Shown here piece after piece: positions 15,778 through 24,150 of a stretch of 24,685 bases of DNA. The notes under the pieces were generated by a model. It made no database searches and was not told where the DNA came from. It saw nothing but the letters and a program-made list of their open reading frames with translations. Each line of letters begins with the position of its first letter. Within the stretch, counting starts at the first letter, position 1. A program made the position numbers and the translations under genes. The DNA comes from Solirubrobacteraceae bacterium (GTDB lineage: Bacteria; Actinomycetota; Thermoleophilia; Solirubrobacterales; Solirubrobacteraceae): positions 1-24,685 of the forward strand of contig JAWVFS010000267.1 in NCBI GenBank assembly GCA_033855795.1, given 5' to 3'.

Positions 15778-16601
15778 ATGCCCGTCCCGCCGGCCACCGC
15801 GAGGGATCCGGCGACCGCCGCGGCGGCGATCACCGCGCAGAAGACGTAGCCCAGCGCCGCCTGGCCAGGGCGCTCGCCCACCTCGATGAGCGCCAGGGCG
15901 GCGATCGCGCCGCCGATGAGGCCGCCGATGTGGCCCCCGATCGAGATGCCGCCCCATGTGAAGCTGAAGAGGAGGTTGATGACAATCAAGCCGGCGATGG
16001 GCGAACGCCAGGGATCCACCCCCCGCGCACGCATGACGATGACCGCGCCTCCCATCAGTCCGAACACCGCTCCGGAGGCGCCCACGGTCGGCGAGTCCGG
16101 CGTGAGAAGCAGCGCGCCGAAGGACCCGCACAGCAGCGAGGTGAAATACAGCGAGAGGAACCGGACCTTGCCGATCGCCGGCTCCAGCAGCGTCCCGAGG
16201 AAGTACAGGATGTACATGTTGAAGCCGATGTGGAGGATCCCGAACGGCAGGTGGTAGTCGTGGAGGAAGCCGCCGGTGACGATTCGCCAGACCTCGCCCT
16301 GCGTGTTGATCAGCGGCCCGAAGAGGGCGCCGTGCTCGTAGATCCAGCCCCCTCCCACCTGCCCGGCCGCCGCCGCGACCTCGGCGATCCACGCAACCAC
16401 GTTGATCGCGATCAGCGCGTAGGTCACGACCGGCTCGGAGCCGACGTTGCGAATCGTCCGCACCGGCGTGCGCTCGCGGGCGCACTCGGGGCAGCGCATG
16501 CCGACGGGCGTCGGCGTCATGCAGTCCGGGCAGATCGGGCGTCCGCAGTTCGAGCACGACACGCCCGTTTCCCGATTGGGGTGCCGGTAGCAGGTCGCCA
16601 T
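15774..16601 (-). CDS. Rhomboid intramembrane serine protease with N-terminal Cys/His zinc finger
   Basis: CYRH..C..C....C..C...C..C N-terminus, WRIVT, HIGFNM, GASGAVFG (Ser), GHIGGLIGG (His). Confidence 0.93.
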   Translation of the reverse strand: MATCYRHPNRETGVSCSNCGRPICPDCMTPTPVGMRCPECARERTPVRTIRNVGSEPVVTYALIAINVVAWIAEVAAAAGQVGGGWIYEHGALFGPLINTQGEVWRIVTGGFLHDYHLPFGILHIGFNMYILYFLGTLLEPAIGKVRFLSLYFTSLLCGSFGALLLTPDSPTVGASGAVFGLMGGAVIVMRARGVDPWRSPIAGLIVINLLFSFTWGGISIGGHIGGLIGGAIAALALIEVGERPGQAALGYVFCAVIAAAAVAGSLAVAGGTGI

Positions 16602-16625
16602 GAGGGTCGGTGACGCTAGCAGGAG

Positions 16626-16656
16626 CGTCTCAGCGCTCGATGAAGGCGCTCAGACG
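16626..16656. terminator. Hairpin after the anti-sigma gene, putative terminator
   Basis: CGTCT-C-AGCGC / GCGCT-C-AGACG stem with one mismatch. Confidence 0.35.
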
Positions 16657-16669
16657 TGGAAAAGGGCCC

Positions 16670-17410
16670 TCAGGCGGGCCGGGCGACGATCATCGGCGGG
16701 CTGGTCGGCATCAGCGAGCCGCCGCTGGGCTCGGCCGTCACCATCACCTGATCGCCGTGATCCACCGAGTGGGCGATCGGGATGTCGCCGGAGCGGACGA
16801 CGAACGTCGTTCCGGCGGGCACCGGCGCGGCGGCGCCGTGCTTGACCCACACCTCGTAGACCTTCTGGGCGGGGGGCTCGGGCATGTCGCGCACCATCAA
16901 CGTCGCCCGGCGGTCGGAGACCCGCAGGGCGGCGCTGGTGTTCGGCGTCACCCCGGCCACCGAAGCGACCTGGGCCTGGACCGTGCGGACGGAGCCACCG
17001 GTGTCCGCCCCGCCGCCGATGACGAAGCCGACGATCGCGGCGACTGCGAGGCCGGCGGCGGCCGCCGCCGCGAATGCGGGCCGCGCGAGGAGGGCGCCCA
17101 GCCGGCGGCGGCGGCGCGGCTCCGGCGGGCGGTCGGCCCCCTCGCCAGCCGCCTGCAGCAGCTCGGCCTCGGCCCGGACGACCGACATGACGCGAGCCTT
17201 GAGCTCCGGCGGCGCGTCCACCGGCGGCGCGGCGCTGGGCAGCGCGTCGACGGCGAGGCGCAGCGCCGCGAGGTCCTCCCGGCAACGGTCGCATTCGCCG
17301 AGGTGAATCTCGACGCGCGCCGCCTCATCGTGGGGGAGCGCGCCGAGGGCATAGGCGCCCAAGGCCTCGGCCGCCTCGTCATGGGCGCGAGTGAAGGCTT
17401 CGCCGCTCAC
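16670..17410 (-). CDS. Anti-sigma factor, RskA-like (ZAS HxxxCxxC, one TM, extracytoplasmic domain)
   Basis: LGAYALGAL, HLGECDRC, PP.ELKARVM, TM segment, C-terminal YEVW and VTAEP.GGS..PT..P. GTGA coupling to the sigma gene. Confidence 0.88.
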   Translation of the reverse strand: MSGEAFTRAHDEAAEALGAYALGALPHDEAARVEIHLGECDRCREDLAALRLAVDALPSAAPPVDAPPELKARVMSVVRAEAELLQAAGEGADRPPEPRRRRRLGALLARPAFAAAAAAGLAVAAIVGFVIGGGADTGGSVRTVQAQVASVAGVTPNTSAALRVSDRRATLMVRDMPEPPAQKVYEVWVKHGAAAPVPAGTTFVVRSGDIPIAHSVDHGDQVMVTAEPSGGSLMPTSPPMIVARPA

Positions 17411-18015
17411 GACATCGCCTCCTGCAGCCCGCCGAGGCTGCCGCGGAGCTTCTCGAGGCCGAGGCGCATGCGGCCCTTGATCGTCCCGACCGGGGCGTCG
17501 AGCAGCTCGGCGATCTCCGAGTGGGTGAAGCCGCCGAAGTAGGCCAGCTCGATCACCCTGCACTGCTCGGCGGGCAGCTGATCGAGCGCGGCGCGCACCG
17601 AGGCGGCCTCCTCGCGCCGGGCCGCCTCGACGTCGGTGCGCTCGCGCGCCTCGAAGCGCTCCTCGAGGCCCTCGTCGCTGGCGCGGCGGCGGTCGTGGAC
17701 GAGCGAGCGTCGGAGCGCGTCGATCGCCCGGTTGTGGACGATGCCCAGGACCCACGTGCGCACGCTGCCCCGCGTGCGGTCGTACCGCGTGCCGCTGCGC
17801 CAGAGGGCGAGGAAGGCCTCCTGCGTGACGTCCTCGGCCACCCCGCGCCGCCCGCACATGCGGTAGGCCAGCGAGTACGCGGCGTCGGTGTGGCGCTCGT
17901 AGATGATCTGAAAGGCCGCGGCATCGCCCCGGCTGGAGAGCTGGATCAGATCCTCGTCGGCCAGGCGGTGCAGGCCGGAGTCGCCTGAGGGCCCGGAGGC
18001 GCGAGCGCGTGACAT
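17407..18015 (-). CDS. ECF RNA polymerase sigma factor (SigK-like)
   Basis: AEDVTQEAFL.LWR, WVLGIVHNRAIDALR, LAYFGGFTHSEIAELLDAPVGTIKGRMR.GL.KLR. Confidence 0.92.
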   Translation of the reverse strand: MSRARASGPSGDSGLHRLADEDLIQLSSRGDAAAFQIIYERHTDAAYSLAYRMCGRRGVAEDVTQEAFLALWRSGTRYDRTRGSVRTWVLGIVHNRAIDALRRSLVHDRRRASDEGLEERFEARERTDVEAARREEAASVRAALDQLPAEQCRVIELAYFGGFTHSEIAELLDAPVGTIKGRMRLGLEKLRGSLGGLQEAMS

Positions 18016-18058
18016 GCCACCGGACATTACGGCGGCCGGGTGGGGCCGGATCAGACGG

Positions 18059-18400
18059 TCAGCCCTTCGGGAGGAACTTGCGCGCCTCGCCGTAGACGTC
18101 CTTGAGCGCCTGCTCGGCCGCGTCGAGCACACCGTGGGGCCGCGCGCGGCGGCGGCGCTGGCGGGCGCGAAGCAACACCAGTGCGGCGCCGGCCGTCGAC
18201 CCGACCACGACGGCGGCCGCGGGGCGGACCCAGTTGCGCGGATCGCGCATGGCCGACAGCTCCCAGGCCTCCAGCTCGTCCGCGGCGATCTCAGTGAGGT
18301 TGACGAGGGTGCTCTCGATCCGCTCGGACATGTCGGCGGGCGGATCGACCGGGGTCAGCGCCTGGCGCACCAGCAGCTCGAAGTCGGCGGCGTCGCTCAC
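18059..18400 (-). CDS. Hypothetical single-TM protein, probable anti-sigma partner
   Basis: GTGA coupling to the upstream ECF gene. Acidic N-terminus with PP.D...RI, one hydrophobic segment, then RARQRRRR. Confidence 0.7.
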   Translation of the reverse strand: MSDAADFELLVRQALTPVDPPADMSERIESTLVNLTEIAADELEAWELSAMRDPRNWVRPAAAVVVGSTAGAALVLLRARQRRRRARPHGVLDAAEQALKDVYGEARKFLPKG

Positions 18401-18945
18401 GAAGCTCCCTCCCCCTCAGGCGTCTTCACGATCTCCTCCAGCTGCCGGATCGCGCGGTGGATGAGCACCTTGGTGGCGCCGTCCGAGCGCCCCATCGCGC
18501 GCGCGATCTCGCGGTTGTCCATGCCCAGAGCGAAGCGCATGACCAGCGCCTCCCGCCGGTCGTCCGGCAGCTTCTTCACGCCCTCGAGAATGGCCTTCAG
18601 CTCCTCGCGCCCCTCGACGAGCGTCTCGGTGTCGTGCGGTGCGCTGATGATGGCGGCGTCCTCGATCGAGGTCTGTGGCTTGCGCGAGCGGTCGCGGTAG
18701 AAGTTCGCCGCGAGGTTGTGCGCGATCCGGATCAGCCAGGGGCGCAGCGGCCGGCCGTTGGACTCGCGCTGCGCCCGCTCGAAGTGCCGGTAGGCCTGCA
18801 GGAACGTCTGCTCGGTGAGGTCCTCCGCGTCGTGGTGATTGCCCACGCGGTAGTACGAGTACGAGTACACGTCGCGCAGGTGCGCGCGGTAGAGATCGGA
18901 GAACTCCGCGTCGAGCTGCGCCTTGGTTTTCTCCGTGGTGGCCAC
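18397..18945 (-). CDS. ECF RNA polymerase sigma factor
   Basis: DAEDLTEQTFLQAY, WLIRIAHN, LP...REAL.MRF..GM..REIA..MGRS.GATKVLIHRA. Confidence 0.92.
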   Translation of the reverse strand: MATTEKTKAQLDAEFSDLYRAHLRDVYSYSYYRVGNHHDAEDLTEQTFLQAYRHFERAQRESNGRPLRPWLIRIAHNLAANFYRDRSRKPQTSIEDAAIISAPHDTETLVEGREELKAILEGVKKLPDDRREALVMRFALGMDNREIARAMGRSDGATKVLIHRAIRQLEEIVKTPEGEGAS

Positions 18946-18971
18946 GCATGGAGAGGCTAGCTGCCCTTCGG

Positions 18972-20639
18972 TCAGGCCGCTCGGGCCGCTCTAGTCGCGG
19001 CGCCGGGCGCCGTGATGGCGGCCGACCAGGTCTCCGGCTCGATCCGCCCCGCGATCAGCTCGGCGAGGCTTCCGACCGCCGGGGCCTGCAAACCCTCCTC
19101 GCGCAGCACGCCCGCGAGGAGAGGGACGGCGTCGACCGCCTCCGCGGTCTGGCCCAGGATCGGTGTGACCTCGGCGGCGGGCACTCCGGAGGCGAGCAGC
19201 TCCCCGGCACGCCGGCTGCGGCCGTCGGCCGCCATCACCGTGGCGACGAGGTCGCCGGTCCCCGCCAAACCGGCGAACGTCTCGGGCCGCGCGCCGCGGC
19301 GGCGTGCCAGGCCCTCGACCTCGGCGAACACCTTGCCGGCGGCGGCGCCTGCGACGTTGGGCCCGGCGGGCGCGGCGGCGGCCGCGGCCAGGGCCGCGGC
19401 GTTCTTGGCACACCCGGCCAGTTCGACGCCCGTCACGTCGGTCGTGCGGTGCACGTCGAAGCCGGCGCCGTTGAGCGCGTCGGCAAGCAGGCGAGCGAAG
19501 GCGCCGTCGACCGAGGCGACCACGAGCGAGGCGCCCTGCGCGAGCGCATCGCGGGCGTGGGCCGGGCCGCCGATACAGCCGACCGCCGTGGCGGCCACCC
19601 GCTCCGCGGCATACGCCGTCGGGAGCGTGCCCAGCGGCGGCACGAGACCCTTCGCCGCGACCAGGACGTTGGCCCGCGAGGGCACCCGGGCGCCGTGCTC
19701 GGCGAGCGCTGCGGGCAGGTCGCGAGCCGGCACGGCGAGGCACACGAGGTCGGCGCCGCCCAGGTCGAGCTCGCCCGCCGAACGGACGGACACGGTCTCC
19801 GGCAGCCGCACGCCGGGCAGATAGCGGTCGTTCTCTCCGGTTCGCGCGATCGTGTCGGCCTGCTCGCGTGTCCGAGTTCCGAGCTCGACCTCGACGCCGG
19901 CGCGCGCCAGCATGACGGCGAGCGCGGTGCCCCACGAACCGCCCCCGACGACAGCGGCGCGGCGCAGCGGCGGGACCCCGCCGAGCCACTCCCATTGGAG
20001 CATCACGCACGGCCAGATGCGCTCGGTCACGGCGGCGGCCAGCGCCCGCGAGGGCTCGGCCACGCGAGGAAAGGTGAGCGGGCGACCGCAGCGGATGCGG
20101 ACCTTGTGCGGTCGAATGCGCCAGCCGCGGCGGACGGACTCCGTGCCGATCACGGCGACGGGGACGATGGGAGCGCCGGCCTCGAGCGCGAGTCGCCCGA
20201 CGCCGCGCCTCGGCCGGCCGAGCCCACCGGGTCGCACGCGCGTGCCCTCGGGGAAGATCACGACGCAGTCGCCGTGCTCGAGAATGGCCCGCGCGGTTCG
20301 CATCATCTCCTCGTCGGAAGCGCCGCGGTCGACCGGGAAGGCGCCGAGGGCGTTGAGGATCCAGGCCTGCCAGCGGCGGGCGAACAGCTCGCTCTTTGCC
20401 ACGTAGTACACGGGACGGCGGACCAGCGTCCCGATCACGAACGGGTCGAGGAACGAGCGATGGTTGGCGGCGAAGATGACCGGCCCCTCCTCCGGCATGT
20501 GCTCGCGCCCGATCCGGCTGAGACGGAAGTAGAGGTGGAAGAACGGCTGCAGGATCGCGCGCACGAGCCAGTACACGTACGGGTTCACGCCGCGCTCCCG
20601 CGCGCGCCCGTGGAGCCTGGAAGCAACGGCCGGATCCAT
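18972..20639 (-). CDS. plsC-gpsA: Fused 1-acyl-sn-glycerol-3-phosphate acyltransferase (PlsC) and NAD(P)H-dependent glycerol-3-phosphate dehydrogenase (GpsA)
   Basis: N-half NHRSFLD (HX4D), FPVDRG, IFPEGTR. C-half GGGSWGTALA, N.RYLPG..LP, GCAKN (catalytic Lys), GLAG.GDL.AT. No internal stop. Confidence 0.88.
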   Translation of the reverse strand: MDPAVASRLHGRARERGVNPYVYWLVRAILQPFFHLYFRLSRIGREHMPEEGPVIFAANHRSFLDPFVIGTLVRRPVYYVAKSELFARRWQAWILNALGAFPVDRGASDEEMMRTARAILEHGDCVVIFPEGTRVRPGGLGRPRRGVGRLALEAGAPIVPVAVIGTESVRRGWRIRPHKVRIRCGRPLTFPRVAEPSRALAAAVTERIWPCVMLQWEWLGGVPPLRRAAVVGGGSWGTALAVMLARAGVEVELGTRTREQADTIARTGENDRYLPGVRLPETVSVRSAGELDLGGADLVCLAVPARDLPAALAEHGARVPSRANVLVAAKGLVPPLGTLPTAYAAERVAATAVGCIGGPAHARDALAQGASLVVASVDGAFARLLADALNGAGFDVHRTTDVTGVELAGCAKNAAALAAAAAAPAGPNVAGAAAGKVFAEVEGLARRRGARPETFAGLAGTGDLVATVMAADGRSRRAGELLASGVPAAEVTPILGQTAEAVDAVPLLAGVLREEGLQAPAVGSLAELIAGRIEPETWSAAITAPGAATRAARAA

Positions 20640-20686
20640 GTGCTCACCCAACCCCGAGCCGACGGCCTCGTTACAGTTGCGACGTC

Positions 20687-21241
20687 ATGGCAATCGACTG
20701 GACAGCCACCTCGCGCGGCGCCGCCGCGGGCGTGGTGGCCGCCGGTGTGTGGGCGGCGCAGATGCCGCTCGACAAGCGGCTGTTCGACAGCTCGTACGAC
20801 GACGTCGAGCTGCTCGGCAAGGCGGTCGTCTCCGAGCATCGGCTGTGGTACCCCGCGGGCCTCGCTCTCCACCTGGCCAACGGCGCCGCCTTCGGAGCCG
20901 CGTTCGCCCTCGCAGGCCAGCGTGTCACGCTCCCGCTGCCGCCGTGGGCCCGCGGCCCTCTGGCCGCGCTGGCGGAGAATTTCGCGACCTGGCCGCTGGC
21001 CCTCGTCTCCGACCGCTACCACCCGCGCCGCGACGACCTACCCGCCCTGACGGGCAACGCCCGCGCCCTCGCCCAGTCGACCTGGCGCCACCTGCTGTTC
21101 GGCGTCGTCTTCGGCGAGCTCGAGCGCCGGCTGAACCGGTCCGACGAGGACCTGCCTCCGGCGTACGAGGCCTACGTCTCCCCCAACGGCCACGGCTCGA
21201 TCGAGCACGCCGCGGCGGCGGGCGCCGCCGGCGAGGCCTGA
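20687..21241 (+). CDS. Hypothetical membrane protein
   Basis: Three to four hydrophobic helices, two with His in G-rich context (LHLANG, RHLLFG). Gene-like codon pattern. Confidence 0.7.
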   Translation: MAIDWTATSRGAAAGVVAAGVWAAQMPLDKRLFDSSYDDVELLGKAVVSEHRLWYPAGLALHLANGAAFGAAFALAGQRVTLPLPPWARGPLAALAENFATWPLALVSDRYHPRRDDLPALTGNARALAQSTWRHLLFGVVFGELERRLNRSDEDLPPAYEAYVSPNGHGSIEHAAAAGAAGEA

Positions 21242-21269
21242 TCACGCGAGCGTAGACTCGGCGCCCGGC

Positions 21270-21342
21270 GCCGGAGTAGCTCAGCTGGTAGAGCAGCCGC
21301 CTTGTAAGCGGCAGGTCGTCGGTTCGAGTCCGACCTCCGGCT
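21270..21342 (+). tRNA. trnT: tRNA-Thr (anticodon UGU)
   Basis: Acceptor GCCGGAG/CTCCGGC, D arm AGCTCAGCTGGTAGAGC, anticodon arm GCCGC-CTTGTAA-GCGGC, GTTCGAGTC T-loop. CCA not encoded. -10-like TAGACT at 21253-21258. Confidence 0.97.
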
Positions 21343-21368
21343 CTTCCGCCATTTTCCCGCAGCGGCAG

Positions 21369-21390
21369 CCTGAGCCGGGGGACGCTCAGG
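21369..21390. terminator. Hairpin CCTGAGC-N8-GCTCAGG between the tRNA and the convergent gene
   Basis: 7-bp inverted repeat that includes the HD-GYP gene stop codon. Confidence 0.4.
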
Positions 21391-23047
21391 CGAGTGCGGG
21401 CTCGGCAGCCGAGCCGGCGTCCCGCTTGGCCGCGACCTCCGCGAGAAAGGCGGGGACGACGGCCGGGTCGAACTGCGTGCCGGCGCAACGGCGCAGCTCG
21501 GCGCATGCCCGCTCGGAATCGACCGCGGCCTTATACGGCCGGTCGGTGATCATCGCGTCGTAGGCGTCGCAGGCGCTCACGATCCGCGCGCCGAGCGGGA
21601 TGTCCTCGCCCGCGAGCTCGTCGGGGTAGCCGCTGCCGTCCCAGCGCTCGTGGCTCCAGCGCACGAGCCGGGCCACGTCGGTGAGCGAAGGGGCGGCGCT
21701 GATGATGCGCTCGCCGATGATCGTATGGCGCTTCATGAACTCCCACTCCTCGGGCTCGAGCGGCTCGGGCTTGGCCAGGATCGCGTCGGGGATGGCCACC
21801 TTGCCGACATCGTGCAGCCGCGCGGCGTGGGCGATGCGCTCGACCTCCTTGTCGTCGAGCCCGAGCCGGCGCGCGACGGCCGCCGCCATGTCGGCGACGC
21901 CGCCGACGTGCTGGCCGAGGTCGGGGTGGCGCTCCTCGAGCGTGCGCAGAAGGACATCGGCGACCTGGCGGCCCGCCGGCGGGCGGCCGCCTGCCTTCTC
22001 GGCGTACATGCGCTTGTCGGCCAGACGGAGGGCCTCCTCGCGCGTCGCGGCCTCGGTGGGCGCGACCACCCAACCGGAGGACGTGCCGATGGCGAAGCCG
22101 TCGCCGCGCTCGCTCAACGCGGCGGCCACGTCGACGCTCAGCGCGTCGATCGCATCGGTGCCGCCGGGGGCGATCACGCAGAACTCGTCGCCGCCGAGCC
22201 GGTACACCTCACCGCGCGTACCCACGTCGTGGCGCAACCGGCGGCCGAGGCGGGTCAGGAGGGCGTCGCCTGCGAAGTGGCCGAAGGCGTCGTTGTAGGC
22301 CTTGAACCCGTTGAGGTCGAGCAGCCCCAACGCCATCGGGAGGCCGCTCGGGCCGTCGGTCTCGGCAAACCGCGCCTCGAGGTCGGCCATGAGCTTGCGG
22401 CGGTTGTGCAGGCCGGTGAGCCCGTCGCTGAGCGACGCGATCTCCAGTCCGCGCTGCGCCTCGCGCATGCGCCCCCGCACCTGCTCGTTGAGGCTCCACG
22501 CAATGATGCCCGCGAGGCCGGCGGCCGCCACGAAGGCCGCGTGAATCGCGGCCCACTTCCACGGCTCGTTGAACTGCTCGGCGCGGTTGAACACGGCGCG
22601 CGGATCGATCATGCCCAGGACGCCGTGGTGCAGGAGCACGTAGGCAACGGCCAGGAGGAAGACCGACCAATCCTCGTATAGCGTCAGCAGCAGGATGATC
22701 ACGAAGAACGAGAAGTGCATCTCGATCAGCCCGCCGGAGATGTGCACCATCACCGCCGCCGTGGTGAGCAGGCCGAGCGAACACGCGATCGAGCGAGCCT
22801 TGTGCCCGAACCGCGGCATGCTCGCAATGAGCGCGAGGGCGGTCTGGGGAACGACGTGCAGGAGCGTGTGGAACGCGCTGAACCCGGTGACCACGCTGTA
22901 GATCGGCAGCGTGACGACGCTCAGCCACAGCACCCAGACCAGCGCCTCGTGGCGGCGCTCCCACTCCTGGGGCTCGAGGGTGCCACCCTGAGGAAGACCC
23001 TGTCGAAGTCGCGAGACCGATCCCATCCAACCGCATGGATCGGCCAT
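21386..23047 (-). CDS. Membrane sensor + GGDEF + HD-GYP protein (c-di-GMP synthesis/hydrolysis)
   Basis: About 6 TM helices, DGLTGLHNRR, DLNGFKAYNDAFGHFAGD, RLGGDEF, LHDVGK, HERWDGSGYPD, DAYDAM..DRPY. Start uncertain (ATG 23047 or 23026). Confidence 0.9.
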   Translation of the reverse strand: MADPCGWMGSVSRLRQGLPQGGTLEPQEWERRHEALVWVLWLSVVTLPIYSVVTGFSAFHTLLHVVPQTALALIASMPRFGHKARSIACSLGLLTTAAVMVHISGGLIEMHFSFFVIILLLTLYEDWSVFLLAVAYVLLHHGVLGMIDPRAVFNRAEQFNEPWKWAAIHAAFVAAAGLAGIIAWSLNEQVRGRMREAQRGLEIASLSDGLTGLHNRRKLMADLEARFAETDGPSGLPMALGLLDLNGFKAYNDAFGHFAGDALLTRLGRRLRHDVGTRGEVYRLGGDEFCVIAPGGTDAIDALSVDVAAALSERGDGFAIGTSSGWVVAPTEAATREEALRLADKRMYAEKAGGRPPAGRQVADVLLRTLEERHPDLGQHVGGVADMAAAVARRLGLDDKEVERIAHAARLHDVGKVAIPDAILAKPEPLEPEEWEFMKRHTIIGERIISAAPSLTDVARLVRWSHERWDGSGYPDELAGEDIPLGARIVSACDAYDAMITDRPYKAAVDSERACAELRRCAGTQFDPAVVPAFLAEVAAKRDAGSAAEPALA

Positions 23048-23098
23048 TGGGCCGACTTCTTGAGCCCCCCTCACCGAATCGAGGTAGGGTCCGCGGCC

Positions 23099-23647
23099 GT
23101 GCGACGCGCGGCGCTCATTTCGATCCTGCCCGTCTTCGTGCTGGCCGGGTGCGGCGGCGGCGGTAACGACAAGTCGGCCACCTCGACCGCCGCTGGGCCC
23201 GCGACCGCGACCACACCTGCGCCCGGCGCAGGCGCGGGGCAGCTTCAGACCAAGCCGAAGGTGACCGTGCCGAGCGGCAAGCCGCCGACCAAGCTCGTGA
23301 GCAAGGACATCGTCACGGGCACCGGCGCGACCGCCCAGCCGGGCGACACCGTGTCCGTCCACTACGTCGGCGTGTCGTACGCCAACAAGAAGCAGTTCGA
23401 CGCTTCATGGGACCGTCACCAGCCGTTCACGTTCCAGCTCGGAGGTGGCATGGTGATTCCCGGCTGGGACCAGGGGGTGGTCGGGATGAAGGTCAACGGC
23501 CGCCGCGAGCTGATCATTCCGCCGGATCTCGGCTACGGCGCACAGGGACAGCCCCCGGCCATCGCCCCGAACGACACGCTGGTCTTCGTCATCGATCTGC
23601 TGCGCGTCCAGCCGGGCGCGGGCGGCGCGACCACTCCCGCTCAGTAG
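23099..23647 (+). CDS. FKBP-type peptidyl-prolyl cis-trans isomerase, lipoprotein
   Basis: Lipobox LAGC, VSVHYVG, FDASWDR..PF.F.LG...VIPGWDQG, PP.LGYG, TLVFVIDL. GTG 23099 lies 8 nt after TAGGGT. Confidence 0.93.
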   Translation: MRRAALISILPVFVLAGCGGGGNDKSATSTAAGPATATTPAPGAGAGQLQTKPKVTVPSGKPPTKLVSKDIVTGTGATAQPGDTVSVHYVGVSYANKKQFDASWDRHQPFTFQLGGGMVIPGWDQGVVGMKVNGRRELIIPPDLGYGAQGQPPAIAPNDTLVFVIDLLRVQPGAGGATTPAQ

Positions 23648-24095
23648 CGCGGCAGTCCTCGCACAGCCCGGTGAGGACGACCGCCGCGGCATCGGCGGCG
23701 AATCCCGTGCGGCGCGCCCCGGCCTCCGCGGCGAGCAGCGCCCGCTCGAGGCCCTCGGCGCCGTCGAAGTCCTCGACCCGGCCACAGCGCCGGCACACGG
23801 AGTGATGGTGGGCGTCGGTGCGCGGGTCGTAGCGGACGGCGCCGCGGCCGGCGTGGACGCGCCGCACGATCCCGAGCTCCTCGAACAGCTCGAGCGTCGC
23901 GTAGACCGTGGGCAGCGAGATCCCGGGCAGGTCGCGCGCGACGGCCTCGCGCGCCTCCTCCGCGGTGACATGGCGGCCGCGAGCGCGCAGCTGCCGATGG
24001 ATCACCAACCGCGGGGAGGTCACCCGTAGGCCGCGCGCCCGCAGCAGGGCGGTGAGCTCGGCGTCGGCATCGCGATCCGCTGAGGAGGAGTTCAT
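23589..24095 (-). CDS. Fur family regulator, PerR/FurA-like
   Basis: GLRVT.PR, HVTAEE, SLPTVYATL, RYD, HHHSVCRRC, VEDF, CEDC. Asp residues at the regulatory-site positions are PerR-like. Confidence 0.9.
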   Translation of the reverse strand: MNSSSADRDADAELTALLRARGLRVTSPRLVIHRQLRARGRHVTAEEAREAVARDLPGISLPTVYATLELFEELGIVRRVHAGRGAVRYDPRTDAHHHSVCRRCGRVEDFDGAEGLERALLAAEAGARRTGFAADAAAVVLTGLCEDCRATEREWSRRPRPAGRAADR

Positions 24096-24129
24096 AGGCT
24101 CGAAGTGTAGCTAGATCTTAGGGCTACCT

Positions 24130-24150
24130 TATTGCAAAGAGTTTGTATTA
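24130..24150. promoter_or_regulatory. AT-rich imperfect inverted repeat TATTGCAAA-GAG-TTTGTATTA, candidate Fur-family operator
   Basis: 9-3-9 repeat with 2 mismatches, overlapping the TATTAT -10 (24146-24151) of the VIT1-like gene. Confidence 0.5.

Noticed and set aside
5268-16633. Shared 11-mer GAGCGTCTCAG in two intergenic hairpins (5268-5278 and 16623-16633) as a REP-like element
   Set aside because: Only two short copies with different stems. Cannot be separated from chance without the whole genome.
21270-21390. tRNA-Thr as an integration site for a genomic island
   Set aside because: No integrase, no duplicated tRNA 3' end in the window, and no compositional shift in the flanking genes.
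23589-23647. 59-bp convergent overlap of the FKBP and Fur-family genes as antisense regulation
   Set aside because: The overlap covers only unconserved C-terminal tails. Common in GC-rich genomes.
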